Assembly: GCA_027923505.1 (NCBI GenBank)
Contig: BROI01000015.1
Coordinates: 496,001-560,000 of the forward strand
From: Mayamaea pseudoterrestris
Taxonomy: Eukaryota
Length of the DNA stretch: 64,000 nucleotides
Direction: 5' to 3'
Below, one piece after another: positions 1 to 11,797 of the stretch. The position numbers and the translations under genes were made by a program. Every line of letters begins with the position of its first letter. Within the stretch, counting starts at the first letter, position 1. The notes beneath the pieces are model-generated. The model did not search any database, was not told the origin of the DNA, and saw nothing but the letters and a program-made list of their open reading frames with translations.

Positions 1-474
1 GGGATCGGCGCGTCCACTCCGATAGTCGCTGCTGCTCGCCTCGTGGTCAGTGTTGGACATTGGGTAGGCGATTCGTCGGTTTCGTCGCGACGTCTGTTTT
101 TGTTCCACTACCGTGTCATTTCTTCGTGTCGCGATTGCGTCTATATATTGTAAGACGCGTGGAAACCAGTATATATCTTGTAATTGCTTCCGAGAAGGCA
201 TAACTGGTAGCGAAATGGATGACTTCGTTTGCCTCGAATCAACCTCATTGAGCGACAAGCTTTGACGGCGAATTGCCAAGTACATTGAAACTCCAGCATG
301 CCAGCGATATGAGAAATAGCCGACCATCATCATGGCAAGTATAAGGGCAGATTTTGCTGACAAGAAAGACAGTCGACCCTTTGCTGTTGGTTGTTGCCGC
401 GCTGACGACGAGCCGTGATGCATTTCCAGCCGATCAGAATCGTCGTCGTGTCTGTCGCGTACTCTCTTTCTCAT
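1..474 (-). CDS. 5' part of a probable type II membrane protein, truncated by the window edge
   Basis: Not in the ORF track. ATG at 474 opens a stop-free frame to base 1: MRKRVRDRHDDD...SFLSAKSALILAMMMVGYFSYRW... (short basic N-terminus, then one hydrophobic segment). Confidence 0.6.
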   Translation of the reverse strand, partial: MRKRVRDRHDDDSDRLEMHHGSSSARQQPTAKGRLSFLSAKSALILAMMMVGYFSYRWHAGVSMYLAIRRQSLSLNEVDSRQTKSSISLPVMPSRKQLQDIYWFPRVLQYIDAIATRRNDTVVEQKQTSRRNRRIAYPMSNTDHEASSSDYRSGRADP

Positions 475-1116
475 TGTCACAGCAAACATTTCATTCACAG
501 TCAACAAATTCTGGTATGCGTATATGCTCAAAAACAATCAAGTCAAGGAGGAAGTGTCGATGCATGATATCATCCCAGCAGAAGACAAGTGCACACGGTC
601 GTCCATGGTGGCGCGCGCCATCGCGGACGGTTGGTAACCGGTCAGACATCAGTCATAACCGGTGCGAATCGAGCTAACTTCACAAAGGAACCACCGGTTT
701 GTGTATGCAAAATATTTATTAGTCGCTGACCAAAACTTAAAACAATGTTTTGGTTTCTCATTACCCATTGCCAGAACCGCCTTCGCTGTCCGAGCCCTAT
801 GTTTTTGCTCTGTTCGACAAGTCGACTTCCTACGTACTTTACCAGCTTTAGTCTGCGTGCAGAAGATATTCTGGTGCGCCCTCTGTGGAGCCAGCCAATG
901 CTGCTGTTACCAAAGCATATCTTCGATGTAACGTATTCAATGAGATGGGGCGCCTGTAGGACACGCATAAGGTACGCCGCAGCCATGGCTTTAAAAATAT
1001 CCTACCGGCAGTTTGTATAAGAATGAAACGGAACAAAACAATACAGAAAAGTCTATATAGCGTCTACAGCTTGTCTTTGCACATCAAGATTGTGGCATTC
1101 ACTGATTCAGGTAAAT

Positions 1117-3220
1117 CTACTTGCGCACCGGCTGGCCCTTCCTCCACTCGCCTTGGTGGCGCAAGGTACCATCCGGCCGAACCTCCTTGCCATAACCATC
1201 CATCTCGCCATACACCCAGTTGCCCTCATACCAGCCACCATCGCTCCATGACATTTTGCCGTAACCGTAAAACTCACCCTCACGAAATTCGCCTTCGTAT
1301 ACACTATGATCAGTAAAGACGCACCGACCTTTGCCGTGCCTCATTCCATCGACCCAGCTGCCAGTGTATGTTGATCCATCCTGGTACGTCATCTTGCCTT
1401 CAATCATTTGGCCGTTAATGTACTCGCCTTCAAAGACACGACCATCGGCAAACTTCATGATACCGCGTCCGTGCTTGTGATCGTTCTTTAGGCCTCCTTC
1501 GTAATAGTCACCATCACCATTAGACAATCGGCCATGGCCGGTCCATCGACCATGCTTCCAGTCGCCTGCACAAAAGCAAAATATAACAAGAAGTAAGCAT
1601 CAAAGTATACAGTTTATCGTATCTGGCAAGAAACATCGTGACAGACTCACCTTCATACCAGCGACCAGCTCGATCATATTCCAGCCGTCCATATCCATGA
1701 GGCATGTTTGTTGCGTTACTGATTGATCCTGTATACGTCCCTTGTTCGCCGTAGGGATCGGTAACGACGAGGGCTTGGACAGGGTACGTCCCCGCGCCGA
1801 CTGAGCTGGAATGATCTGTGCCATTCTCTACCTTATTGCCATTGCTCTTGCCATCCCATGAAACAGACTTGTTATCGGAGGACCCACCTTTGGAGAGATG
1901 GTTAGCTAATGACGAGCGCCGCTTTTGCTTGCCGATGGGTCCGCTGGATGGAGTATTGCTCGACTGCGCCGACGACTGCCCCATGCTGCTCCGTCGCGAC
2001 TGTCGCGTCCCATTGTCATTCTCATCATCGTCTCTAGAATGCTGCGACCCTCTCCAATTACTCGCCATACTCTTATTGTCAAAAGCTTCATTCTCTAGTG
2101 ACTCGTGTGACTCGGAATCGTCCTCGTCTGCGTCGAGTTCAATATCGCGGGGCAATGACTTGACCGACTTGCTTGCGGATACAATGGAAGTGGCTCGACT
2201 CGCCCTGGAAACTACACTGGCTCCGTCTCCGCGATTGTGATAGCTACTCCGGAAGGTAGCCACGGTGGTATTGTCATTCTCGTCATCATCGTAATGCTCC
2301 GACCAATCACCGTTTTCGCCATTCCATTGCGACAAATCCTCTTCTCCCTGCGTGTTGCTCTCCTCACCAAGTTCAATCTCGTCCGGAACGCCGGATCGTC
2401 CACTCCTTCCAGAATGCGTCCGTCTCTGTCTCGCAGGTCGCGCATTTTGACTTTGATTATGTCTGGCCTTTGAGACGGCACCGGATCGGACGCTTTTGGC
2501 TTCTGCCGGTATGTGCTCCTCCTGCAGTTTGCGAACCATGTCATGCAGAAACTTGAGTTGATCCTGCATGCTCTCGAGCTGATCTTTCAGTTTTACATTC
2601 TCCTGCTCTTTTTGGCTTAAAAGGTACTCTGCGCGACTGCGTTCCGTCGTGACTGTTCGCATCTCATCGTCTTCGTCCTCCTCCTCGTCCGACCCCGAGG
2701 CATGCGAAATATGAGCAGCAGATGGAGGAGTCTTTCCAGCTCGCTGATATTCCAAATCTTCTTTAGCTTGAAGAAAGTGTGCCTTGACGACCTCTTTGGG
2801 ATTGTTTGGAACTTGCAGGTAGAATATGTCTCCTCGTCCGTTGGTAATCGTGTCGCGCGGATCGAGCGAGTAAAGGTATTTCTTAGCGCCATGCTCGGAG
2901 AATGGTTTCAAAAAGGAGAATTTCTGCTCGGACGCAGCCTTTTTCGCATGTTGCTCTGTAAAATGGTGCTTTGCTACATTGTATCGAGCCATCTCATGGT
3001 CCTTGACAACTTTCCACTCCTCGCGCTTTGATGGATCTACTTTAAGTATGCGATCGACTGATTGCTTCAGCGCAGTACTCTCCGTCTCATCTTTTGTAAA
3101 TTTTATTTTGACAACGCCGTCCCAGAATGGATGCCGTGCTTCCCGAAATGCCTTTTGATAGACGCGACAGTTCTTCCACCCGCACACGCACTTGGGAAGT
3201 GGAGCAGGACCATCCGCCAT
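1117..3220 (-). CDS. MORN-repeat protein with coiled-coil and low-complexity N-terminal region (2 exons)
   Basis: ORFs 1520-3220 and 1117-1527 are joined by GT-AG intron 1566-1650, restoring ...WYEG/DWKHGRWTGHGRLSNGDGDYYEG. Several YxGxWxxGxxHGxG repeats follow. Confidence 0.9.
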
Positions 3221-3986
3221 CTTTTCTGGTTCTCGACTGTCGAGAAATCAAATGATGGACAATAGAGACAATGAACCTATGTTATTCCGCCTATTGTTAC
3301 AAAGGAGATTTGATGGCTCTTGCTAGCAAAAGACTTGTCGGCGTCGAGGTGAGGAGGGTCTTCATCGCTGCCAAGCAAGAAGCACCGCGCGGCGGCATGG
3401 GTCACAAGCGGGTCATTCTTGCGTTTTCTTTCGTACCGCAGGTGACGTCACACTGACGGCACTGACGCCACAAATCGCAGTATAGCTGAAAGAGTACTAG
3501 CGGTCTTTCGAGACAACTTCTGCTGCAAAGCTACTGCCGGTCCATACCTACAGTAGTAGTTGAAGAAGCTAATAGTATCGTAGGACCCTTGCAGTAAATT
3601 AGTTTTCGACACACTGGCAGCTAGTGCATACTCTGCAATAACGACCTTCGTCGTCCTCGCTGTTGCAAGCCTCATTGCTTTCGCAACCTGCTAAAATGAA
3701 AGGGTTGTCGCTAGTTCTCCTCTTCGCCTTACCCGCTGGCGAAAAAATTTGTCGCTCAGACCGTTACGTCTCTTGGCCTATCTAACCGGTACTTATCCCT
3801 TTTGAACGTACGACCGATGAGCATGATCCGGAATATGACTACAAGGTTACACTAACTACATATTTATGATTGTCGCTTCGGCTAAAAGAAACTATACGTT
3901 CCTGGACCTTACGATCTTGCACATAATCTCGCTGTGCTTTATACGAGTATAATAGTTACATCATGCAGTTAAAAAAGTGATGGCGC

Positions 3987-5135
3987 TCACCGAAACCAAC
4001 CCCTCTTCCTTTCCTTAGCACCACCGCTCGTGTTCCTGTCCGACATCAGCTCCACCATTTCCTCTTCCGCCTCCATACTCTTGTCAAGTACAAGATTCTG
4101 CTCGTCATCTTTGTCAATGCCATTCTCTGGCGCATCCAATCCTTTCTTCTCGATAGGCGACGTCGAAGTCTTGGGCGCTGCCTTTTCATTGACGCTTATC
4201 CACGAATATCTCGCCGATCCAGCAAGTACCACAGCAATGCCAACTCCATTTAACAAAGCAACTTCGGTTCCGAATATAATAGTTGAAATGATAATCATGA
4301 GAACTTGCTTCACATTGGCGGCGATACACAAGGTGAGCGGACTCGTCAGCTTGTTGGACTGGAGCGAGCAGATGTTGAGACTGAAACTAAAGGCACCACT
4401 GAGCCAAACGACAAACATCGGATACGGATCGGCAAAAGGCGAGAGTTCAGTGGGCCATCTCTTGGCGATGGCTTGTATCTCACCCGTCAATAACGCCATG
4501 ACCAAGCACTGGATAAGCGCCAGTGGTGCCATGTGCGCAAGCAAGTCCACGGGGTGCAACTTGAGATTGCCCGTGAGCATTTCACCACTTGCAACCACTT
4601 TCAGCGCCGCCAGTACAATGCAAGCCATTGTGTAAAAGAATCCCAGCCAAGTGTAGCTCATGTCACCCATGCAGGCCATCGCAACACCGACAATGATTGG
4701 AACGACTGACAAAAGTCTTTTCGCGGAAAACTTTTTGCCCATGGCCAAGCCCATGGCAATCGTTAGCGCCGGCACAAGACTGCGCATGACTTGATTAAAG
4801 TTGACCGAAACGTATCGCAAGCTGACGTTTCCAATCGCAATATTGAGACTGAATACAACGGAAAACATCATGATCAATCGTCGACCCGAGGCATCTAATG
4901 ATGACCGATTCACTGTTCCAAGCAGTCGCGTCACCCAACTATCTGATTTTCGGGACGAATGTAAAACAATAATGCTTCCAAGCGAGTTGCAGGCCATGTG
5001 AATGGCCGATAAAAAGTATGGATAGCGAAAGTCGACCTTGGCAAATGCCGCCTTGTTTAAAAGCGTAACTCCAATGTTGTTCAGCGTCCATATTACAAGC
5101 CAAAAGCTAAATAGAATGTTGAGTGTCAATGACAT
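3987..5135 (-). CDS. Triose-phosphate/nucleotide-sugar transporter family (DMT superfamily)
   Basis: Multi-TM ORF with family motifs LLNK, FRYPYFLSAIH, NIAIGNVSLRYVSVNFNQV and TSPLTLCIAANVKQV. The start may lie further upstream. Confidence 0.88.
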   Translation of the reverse strand: MSLTLNILFSFWLVIWTLNNIGVTLLNKAAFAKVDFRYPYFLSAIHMACNSLGSIIVLHSSRKSDSWVTRLLGTVNRSSLDASGRRLIMMFSVVFSLNIAIGNVSLRYVSVNFNQVMRSLVPALTIAMGLAMGKKFSAKRLLSVVPIIVGVAMACMGDMSYTWLGFFYTMACIVLAALKVVASGEMLTGNLKLHPVDLLAHMAPLALIQCLVMALLTGEIQAIAKRWPTELSPFADPYPMFVVWLSGAFSFSLNICSLQSNKLTSPLTLCIAANVKQVLMIIISTIIFGTEVALLNGVGIAVVLAGSARYSWISVNEKAAPKTSTSPIEKKGLDAPENGIDKDDEQNLVLDKSMEAEEEMVELMSDRNTSGGAKERKRGWFR

Positions 5136-5769
5136 TAACGGTTGAGCGCAGGTAACTCATACTTTATGCATTATCGATCAATGCAAGAAAAATGAACGTC
5201 GGAATATGGTCGCATGAAACGTGAAAATGACTTTGATGCGAAACGTCGCGCAAGAATTAAAGTCGACGACCAATGCAATCAATCAAATCAAGGCAACAAA
5301 CACATTCAATCCAACAAAATGGTTTTGGAAGTACGTACCCTCCAGCACTGCATAGTGTAGCTCGAAGATTCATGGTCCGGCTGGGTCGAAGGCTAAATGT
5401 AGAAACGGATGAAGGTGGTCCTTGAATCGACCAACGTCAGCTTTTCTGAGTTACCGTATCGACTATATCAGGCAAAATGATCTTCGATGATTTAACCGCA
5501 CGGCATCAACTTGATCTACGTCAAGGCTGTCTGATACTTGGCTTTTAGAACGGCCAAGGTCGTCTCGTTCGAATGTTGCGCCCCGAATCGACAGTTGGGT
5601 GGAGTCGCGACTCGAAACGCGTCGTAACGGTAATGCCTAGAGATCGACTTACCGGTACTTACTTACCGCTTTACTTGGAAATGATCGACCGTTCATCGCG
5701 CAATGAACAGCAAGCAGTGCCTCGATTCGATCCAATCGTCTGCCTGTTACCACTCTCTGATATATAATC

Positions 5770-6126
5770 ATGGTGCGTCGTATTAGAATGTTGATAGTTA
5801 AGAAGGGGAAGGGGGTCTTTTATAGCATTGATGCAGCTTTTTGACTCGAAGTGCAGGAGCGTTGACGTAGAGCTCAACTTTGTGACTCGAGTTCAGGAGA
5901 CGCATATAAATTACATGCACTCACACAAAGTTCACATCATTTTTCTCATTCTCTTTCGTTATTTCTACTGCAGCCATCACAAAAGTCTTTCCGAACCAAG
6001 CGAACACTCGCCAAGAAGCAGCGTCAGAACCGCCCGCTTCCACAATGGATCCGCATGCGAACGGACAATACCATTCAGTGGAACGCCAAGCGCCGTCACT
6101 GGCGCAGAACCAAGCTTGGTCTATAA
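5770..6126 (+). CDS. RPL39: 60S ribosomal protein L39 (eL39), 2 exons
   Basis: Not in the ORF track. ATG 5770-5772, intron 5773-5973 (GTGCGT...CTGCAG), exon 2 5974-6126 encodes [50 protein letters not shown]. Confidence 0.96.
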
Positions 6127-6364
6127 ATTGCTATTGATTGGAATGGTATAACATTTAATATAGACTGATACTGATTGCAACGAATGGCGTATGACGACTG
6201 ATTTAAGCATCGTTTAAGAGTGTGTCAATCACGACGCTCATACCGCACGAAGTAGGCTTACGTAGGTTGTTTTTAAACCCAACATTGAACTCGTTTGTTA
6301 CCATTTGGCTCTTGTAATTTGCAATCTCCATCTGCAATCGCTTACTGGGGCGCCACCTTCCAAG

Positions 6365-7351
6365 CTACTTCCACGACTTTGGATCGTACAAGTCAACTCC
6401 TCTTCGATACATATCGATTCGTTTGGCTGCAACGCGTCGCATTAAACTCGCAAATATATGGGCTGGCATAAGCTTTTCCAAGTAGAGCGCCGTTAATGTT
6501 GGCTGGGGAGAAAGCCAGACAGTTGAACCGACGCTAGAGGCTTGCGATCGCGACATTGCCGCCAGTGTCAACTCAGCACATCTGGTAGCAGACATTTTCA
6601 ATGGGCTTGGTGGGTTTGTTCTTCCGCTATTAGTACTTGAGACGCTCGCTGTGCTGCTACCAGACGCCGAGTGAAAGTCTGTGTCAACTGGACCGGGGCA
6701 TATCAGGTCGATGATCAAATCGCTTCGTTCCGCCGCAAGCGATTTGAAGTAGCCCTGCGATGCATGTTTCGAAGCAGCGTACGCTGCAGAAAGAGGAACG
6801 GGAAGAAATGCAGCAATGCTACTCATGACAACAATGTGACGACACTGGAGCGTCGGAGTCAATATCATCTGCCAGAGCGCATTCGCAGCGAGCATGTCGG
6901 ATGTTGTTTCCGGCGAAGTTTCCGATGCCAAACTTAGATGCCCGCGGCCGGCGTTAAGTATACAAATATCGCAATTTATGCTTTGACTTGCTTCCAGCAA
7001 AGCAGTGGCGTTGGTCACATCCAACAAATGAATCTGGATCTTGGCATGCGAGTTCGGTTGCGATGATAATGATTGTTGCTTTCGGCATGCATCAGCAACC
7101 TCATCCAGCTTTTCCTTGCTGCGAGCACTTAAAATCAAATTATTATCCTTGGTTGCAAGCTGTAAAGCCAACTCCCGTCCGATCCCAGAGCTCGCACCAA
7201 TGATCCATACGTTTTGCTTGGCGATCGGGTGGGTGTACGCTCGCAAGGCTGCGTACATCCAAAGTGACGGGTTGCAATCCATCTTTGCGAAAGTTGTAGC
7301 AGCCGCTGCTGCTGCAGCAGCCGTTACAGCCACTATATATGACGGTATCAT
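6365..7351 (-). CDS. Short-chain dehydrogenase/reductase (DHRS7-like)
   Basis: GASSGIG Rossmann motif, LNAG, catalytic YAASK and ICPGPVDT. Start taken at MIPSY (7351), just before a hydrophobic N-terminus. Confidence 0.9.
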   Translation of the reverse strand: MIPSYIVAVTAAAAAAAATTFAKMDCNPSLWMYAALRAYTHPIAKQNVWIIGASSGIGRELALQLATKDNNLILSARSKEKLDEVADACRKQQSLSSQPNSHAKIQIHLLDVTNATALLEASQSINCDICILNAGRGHLSLASETSPETTSDMLAANALWQMILTPTLQCRHIVVMSSIAAFLPVPLSAAYAASKHASQGYFKSLAAERSDLIIDLICPGPVDTDFHSASGSSTASVSSTNSGRTNPPSPLKMSATRCAELTLAAMSRSQASSVGSTVWLSPQPTLTALYLEKLMPAHIFASLMRRVAAKRIDMYRRGVDLYDPKSWK

Positions 7352-7854
7352 CGAAAGTGAAGTAAGTGGGCTGGCTGAGTGTTTGTGCGAGCTTGGTCTT
7401 GGATAAGTTGACGGTCGAAAGTCGAAACGCAAACATCCTTTTAACCGCTGCGATACCAGTCGTGTCAAAACTTGCGGGCACGTATTCACTGCGCAGCTGT
7501 TTCGATGTGATTGGGCCTTTTCTTCCATGCATCGTCGTCAGCTTTCCCTCGGCAAAGTGACGAGGGGAACCAGTACTGTTCGAGCTTTTAATGCTTTTGC
7601 AGCAGCACAGGAGCATGGAGGGACTAGTTTGCAATGACCAGTTGCCTACAACAAGTAGGAAGTCGTTGGACTCGTCAACAGCGGTGCCTGTGACCCGAGT
7701 AATGTTAATGGGACAGGCGAGGCATCATTGGCGACCCAACTTCATCTTTCCGCAGCTGCACTGGCAACAAAGTAATGCGATGATGAAAGCCTAGCGGTGT
7801 CAAGATTATATATTGTTACTGTTAATGCGATACAAAGGATCAACTGTCCTTGTT

Positions 7855-8634
7855 TCAGTTTTGACGGCAATTATTACCCGATTGATCCGACTGCTGATCC
7901 TTTCCTCCGACATTAGTCGAATCCCCACGTCCATGTTGTCGTTGGTGCTGGCTCAGTTGCCCCTGCCGTCGCTGATTAAACAGTAGATTATTTAGAAGAT
8001 CGGAGGCAGGTGGTAAAGATGATCCGTTTGAATAGCCCTGACCTGCACCAGCGAAGAACGCCTGCGTCTGACCTGCTCTTAGTACGTCGGCATAGAGACT
8101 ATGCAATCGCAAAGCCTCGTGCGGAAGACCTCCAGGAAATGGCAGGTATGTTTGTGGTGAAAGCAATGATGGTTCGAAGCATTGAAACGAAGAAGCATGA
8201 CCTTGCTGACGCGCCAGTGCCTGCATTAACATCAAATCTGTAGAACCCAGCGACGGAAGCGACAATGATGGGGAGAATGACATGGATCCATTAAGACTCC
8301 GTAATTGCTGTTGGTCGTATATTTGAGCGACTTGCTTCGCTCTCTCCAAAAGTCCACGAAGTCGGCTTTCTTCTAATCTCAGGTAGTGATTATTCTCTTC
8401 AATTTGAAGGCATTGATCTTGTAAAACGTTGGACTCAATTTTCCGCCTTGCATACTTTCGACGTGCATACAAAGCGTTGCGTTTTCGCAAAAAGTCCTTA
8501 CGAATTGATGGCTCTGCCACACTCTGATCCGTCTCGGGATCGGCGCCAAGAGTAGTTTCGTGTTCCGAAACACTGCAGTCGGTCACGTCGACCACGTTAC
8601 TCATCCCGGCGCATGGTTTATTGTCGTCGTCCAT
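7855..8634 (-). CDS. bZIP transcription factor
   Basis: Basic region RKRNALYARRKYARRK followed by a leucine heptad (LQDQCLQIEENNHYLRLEESRLRGLL); Q-rich C-terminus. Confidence 0.8.
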   Translation of the reverse strand: MDDDNKPCAGMSNVVDVTDCSVSEHETTLGADPETDQSVAEPSIRKDFLRKRNALYARRKYARRKIESNVLQDQCLQIEENNHYLRLEESRLRGLLERAKQVAQIYDQQQLRSLNGSMSFSPSLSLPSLGSTDLMLMQALARQQGHASSFQCFEPSLLSPQTYLPFPGGLPHEALRLHSLYADVLRAGQTQAFFAGAGQGYSNGSSLPPASDLLNNLLFNQRRQGQLSQHQRQHGRGDSTNVGGKDQQSDQSGNNCRQN

Positions 8635-9065
8635 TCTCGCGACAATTATTTAAAACTGACTATGTGAAGCACTGATTGTTTTATATCTGCGACGGAAAAG
8701 TTATGCAAACGACGACAATGCGAAGCGTGATGGAAGCGAAGCGAAGACGGTGCTTTGTGGACTGTGAGCTTCTTTTGTTGCGCCGCAAAGCAGCAACTTC
8801 AAACACGTATTTATGATCTATTGCCTTCTTTTCCTTGGATCCGATCCTGCACGCACACTATCGGAGAGGAAAAGTTCTTTGGGCCAGAAATACCATGCGT
8901 GACAGTTTTGCTGCAGGCTCGCTCGTCGCGCCGGGCCGTCAACTGCGCACCAATTTGTCACAATTCACAATAACTCACAACACGACTACTCGTACTCGTT
9001 AACGTTACGTCGCTTTTTAAGTTCAATTATGCAGCAACAGTACAAATAAATCAAGTCTCCAGACG

Positions 9066-9344
9066 ATGATACACCGACGACACCAAAGTGTTTGGCGTCT
9101 TCTGAATGCTTTTGCGATTACGGCGCAACCCGTACGCGGAGCCCTGCTATTCGGAATTCAAAGCGACGACGGGGATGTTGCGAGCAGTTTCGCCTCAAGA
9201 ATGGTGTACGATCCACTCATTGAGCGCCTATATCTCACGGGGTCGAGCTATGCGGGGTTTTTCGACTCAAAATACTCGCACCGATCGAGTTTAAGCAATT
9301 GCAACTGCTTCCTAGCCTGTCCAACTACCGACCGCGAGCTATAA
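9066..9344 (+). pseudogene. Possible truncated gene fragment (N-terminus of a secreted, beta-rich protein)
   Basis: Protein-like 92-aa ORF (GALLFGIQS...SFASRMVYD...RLYLTGSSY...CFLA) that stops with no visible splice continuation. The assignment is inference only. Confidence 0.3.
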
Positions 9345-9814
9345 TCGAGGGCCCATTTGGCTTTTGAAAGAGCCACGCGGCAAAGAGAACGTATCAGAAA
9401 TATGCTCGGACGTCCATTTGTATCGACGCAATAATGCGAGAGCGTACTATCTCGCTGGGCCGCAAGCGATCTAAACATCGTCCAATGCACGACGATGAGT
9501 GCATGACCTCGATTGAGATGAGATATCGTGTACTAAACATCACCTTACGAGACGACTGGTAAAAAATCGAAAGCAATGAATTAAAGCGCGACTCACTGGT
9601 ACCAGGGGCCCCACCGCTCGCAGCTGCGTACATATAGCGGCCAGGCTCCAAATACTAATCGCCAAACAATGAATGCCTCCAGTAGCAGCGAGACCAAAAA
9701 AATGATAGCCATGCACGTCTGTACCAGGAACGAATGAGAGATTTTTCGATAACAGCGGTGTACAAGCCTGATAAATGTTCGATTTGCTGCATTCTTAATA
9801 GCTGTAAAAATTAC

Positions 9815-11477
9815 TCAGTTGTCGTCAATATGATCGTCCATCAATGGAATGGGCGCAGGCACCGTCTTGAAGTCGCAGCCAGTGAAACTTCGAACGTCGT
9901 CGACCGTCATTCCAGGAGCAATTTCGACGAGCGTGAGACCTGATCCGCCCTTCTTATCGCAGTCGAAAACGCCCATGTCTGTAATGATGCGGTCGACGAC
10001 CTTGTGGCCCGTCAATGGCAGTGTGCACTCGTCCATGACTTTAAACGAACCGTCCTTCGCAACATGGTCCATGGTTACGACAACCCGTGAGTTCGGGGCG
10101 CCCACTAAATCCATGGCTAGCGTACAGTGGAAAGGAGGTGAAGTTAGAATATTTTAGAAGGCACTGATAAATTTTTGAGGCACTTTAACCCAGCTTACCT
10201 CCGCCCATTCCTTTGAAAAGTTTGCCTGGCACTAGCCAGCTTGCCAAATCGCCAGATGCGCTAACTTGCAAGCCTCCCAAAATGGTCAACTGAATATGCC
10301 CACCGCGGATCATGCTAAACGACATGCTGGAACTGAACGTCGACGCTCCAGGCAATGGAGTAATTGTTTCCTTTCCGGCATTGATAAAGTCTGCGTCAGC
10401 TTTCTCCTTGGAACTTGGATAGGGACCTATTCCCATTAACCCATTCTCAGCTTGCAATTCTATCTTAATGCCATCCGGGACATAGTTGGACGCCATAGTT
10501 GGCATGCCGATGCCCAGATTTACGTACGCACCGTTGGTAAACTCCTTAGCCGCCCGCCGCATCACACGACCACGCTCACCGCTGACGAATCCAGACTTCG
10601 CCTGCGATGATTTATCCAAAAGTTTCAAGCGCTCAATACGCTTTTCATTGTCGATTGCCGCAATCACCTTGTGGACAAAGACGCCAGGCAGGTGTATGTC
10701 ATCTGGGTCTAGCGCTCCCGCCGGCACAATCGTTTCAGCCTCAGCAATCGTAATTTTGCCAGCCATGGCCGCATCCGGATTTGCATTTCGCGCCGTTCCC
10801 TTAAAGACAAGGTTTCCTCGCGTATCTGCTACGGCAGCCTTGACCAGGCTTACATCAGCGTACAAAGCTTCCTCCAAAACGTATTCAATATTGTTGAATA
10901 CTCGCGTTTCACGAGGCTGACTCGCTACCAAAATTTCATGATCCACACTTCCTAGTTTATATTGAATCGGAATACCGCCGTGCGCGTATATAGTTCCCGC
11001 TCCAGTTGGAGTATAAAATGCCGGTATACCAGCACCAGCTGCTTGGAGTCGTTGTGCCAATGTGCCTTGCGGAACAAGTTCCACCTGAAGGCGACCCGCA
11101 AAGAATTCTTGCTCAAGGTATTTGTTCTCGCCCACGTAGCTGCTCATTAAACGCTTGACTTTTCCAGATTCAATCAGTTTTCCAAGCGCAAAACCATCAA
11201 CTCCCCCAGTCAGTGAAGCGACCGTCAAGTTTTTGGCGTTGGTCTCGGAGCTTGTTGCAAGTTCGTTTAGCAGTGTCTCTGGATTGCCCGATAGACCAAA
11301 GCCACCGACAGCAATGAGAGCACCATCCAGATTAATCCCAGCCAAAGCCTCTTTCGCGCTGCCGACGACTTTGGATAATGGAGCGCCGTTTGCTGGTGTC
11401 GAGAAACATCGTCGAGAAACGTCGAGGTAGATTCGTCGAAGACCTGGTTCATGATGCAGCAGCACATGGAAGACCAT
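9815..11477 (-). CDS. OXCT1: Succinyl-CoA:3-oxoacid CoA-transferase (SCOT), mitochondrial, 2 exons
   Basis: VGGFG, SSYVGEN, NLGIGMP and AENG motifs. Intron 10117-10198 restores GMGGA/MDLV. Confidence 0.95.
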
Positions 11478-11797
11478 GATGCGTGATATGCTAGCTCTTC
11501 CTTAGATCCAGTCAAAATTTAGTTTCGCTTCTTCTTTGCCGGGCAAGGTTCGGAATGCAACGATAACAAGTAATGAAGCAACGAGAAGTGAGCGATCAGC
11601 CATGACACGCCATCATCAGCAAGGATGCAAAGAACAAACACAAACGCGGAGCGAAGACGAATGAAGCCTCACTTCTCATGTCGCACCCTCACTGATGCTA
11701 AGAACATGTGTATCGCATCGGGTTCCAATAACCGGAACCTTGCGAGTCTCCACACGTTGATGAAAACTCGTCACTTGCTTTTTTCACACAATTCACC

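Noticed and set aside
354..1036. Short overlapping ORFs on both strands
   Set aside because: No recognisable motifs. They lie between the stop of the MORN gene and the start of the edge gene, so they are probably UTR or promoter.
3696..3785. 29-aa ORF MKGLSLVLLFALPAG... with signal-peptide look
   Set aside because: Too short, with no splice continuation or other support.
5560..5740. tRNA-like GTTCGAAT and TTCGATCC T-loop motifs
   Set aside because: No cloverleaf stems or D-loop could be built.
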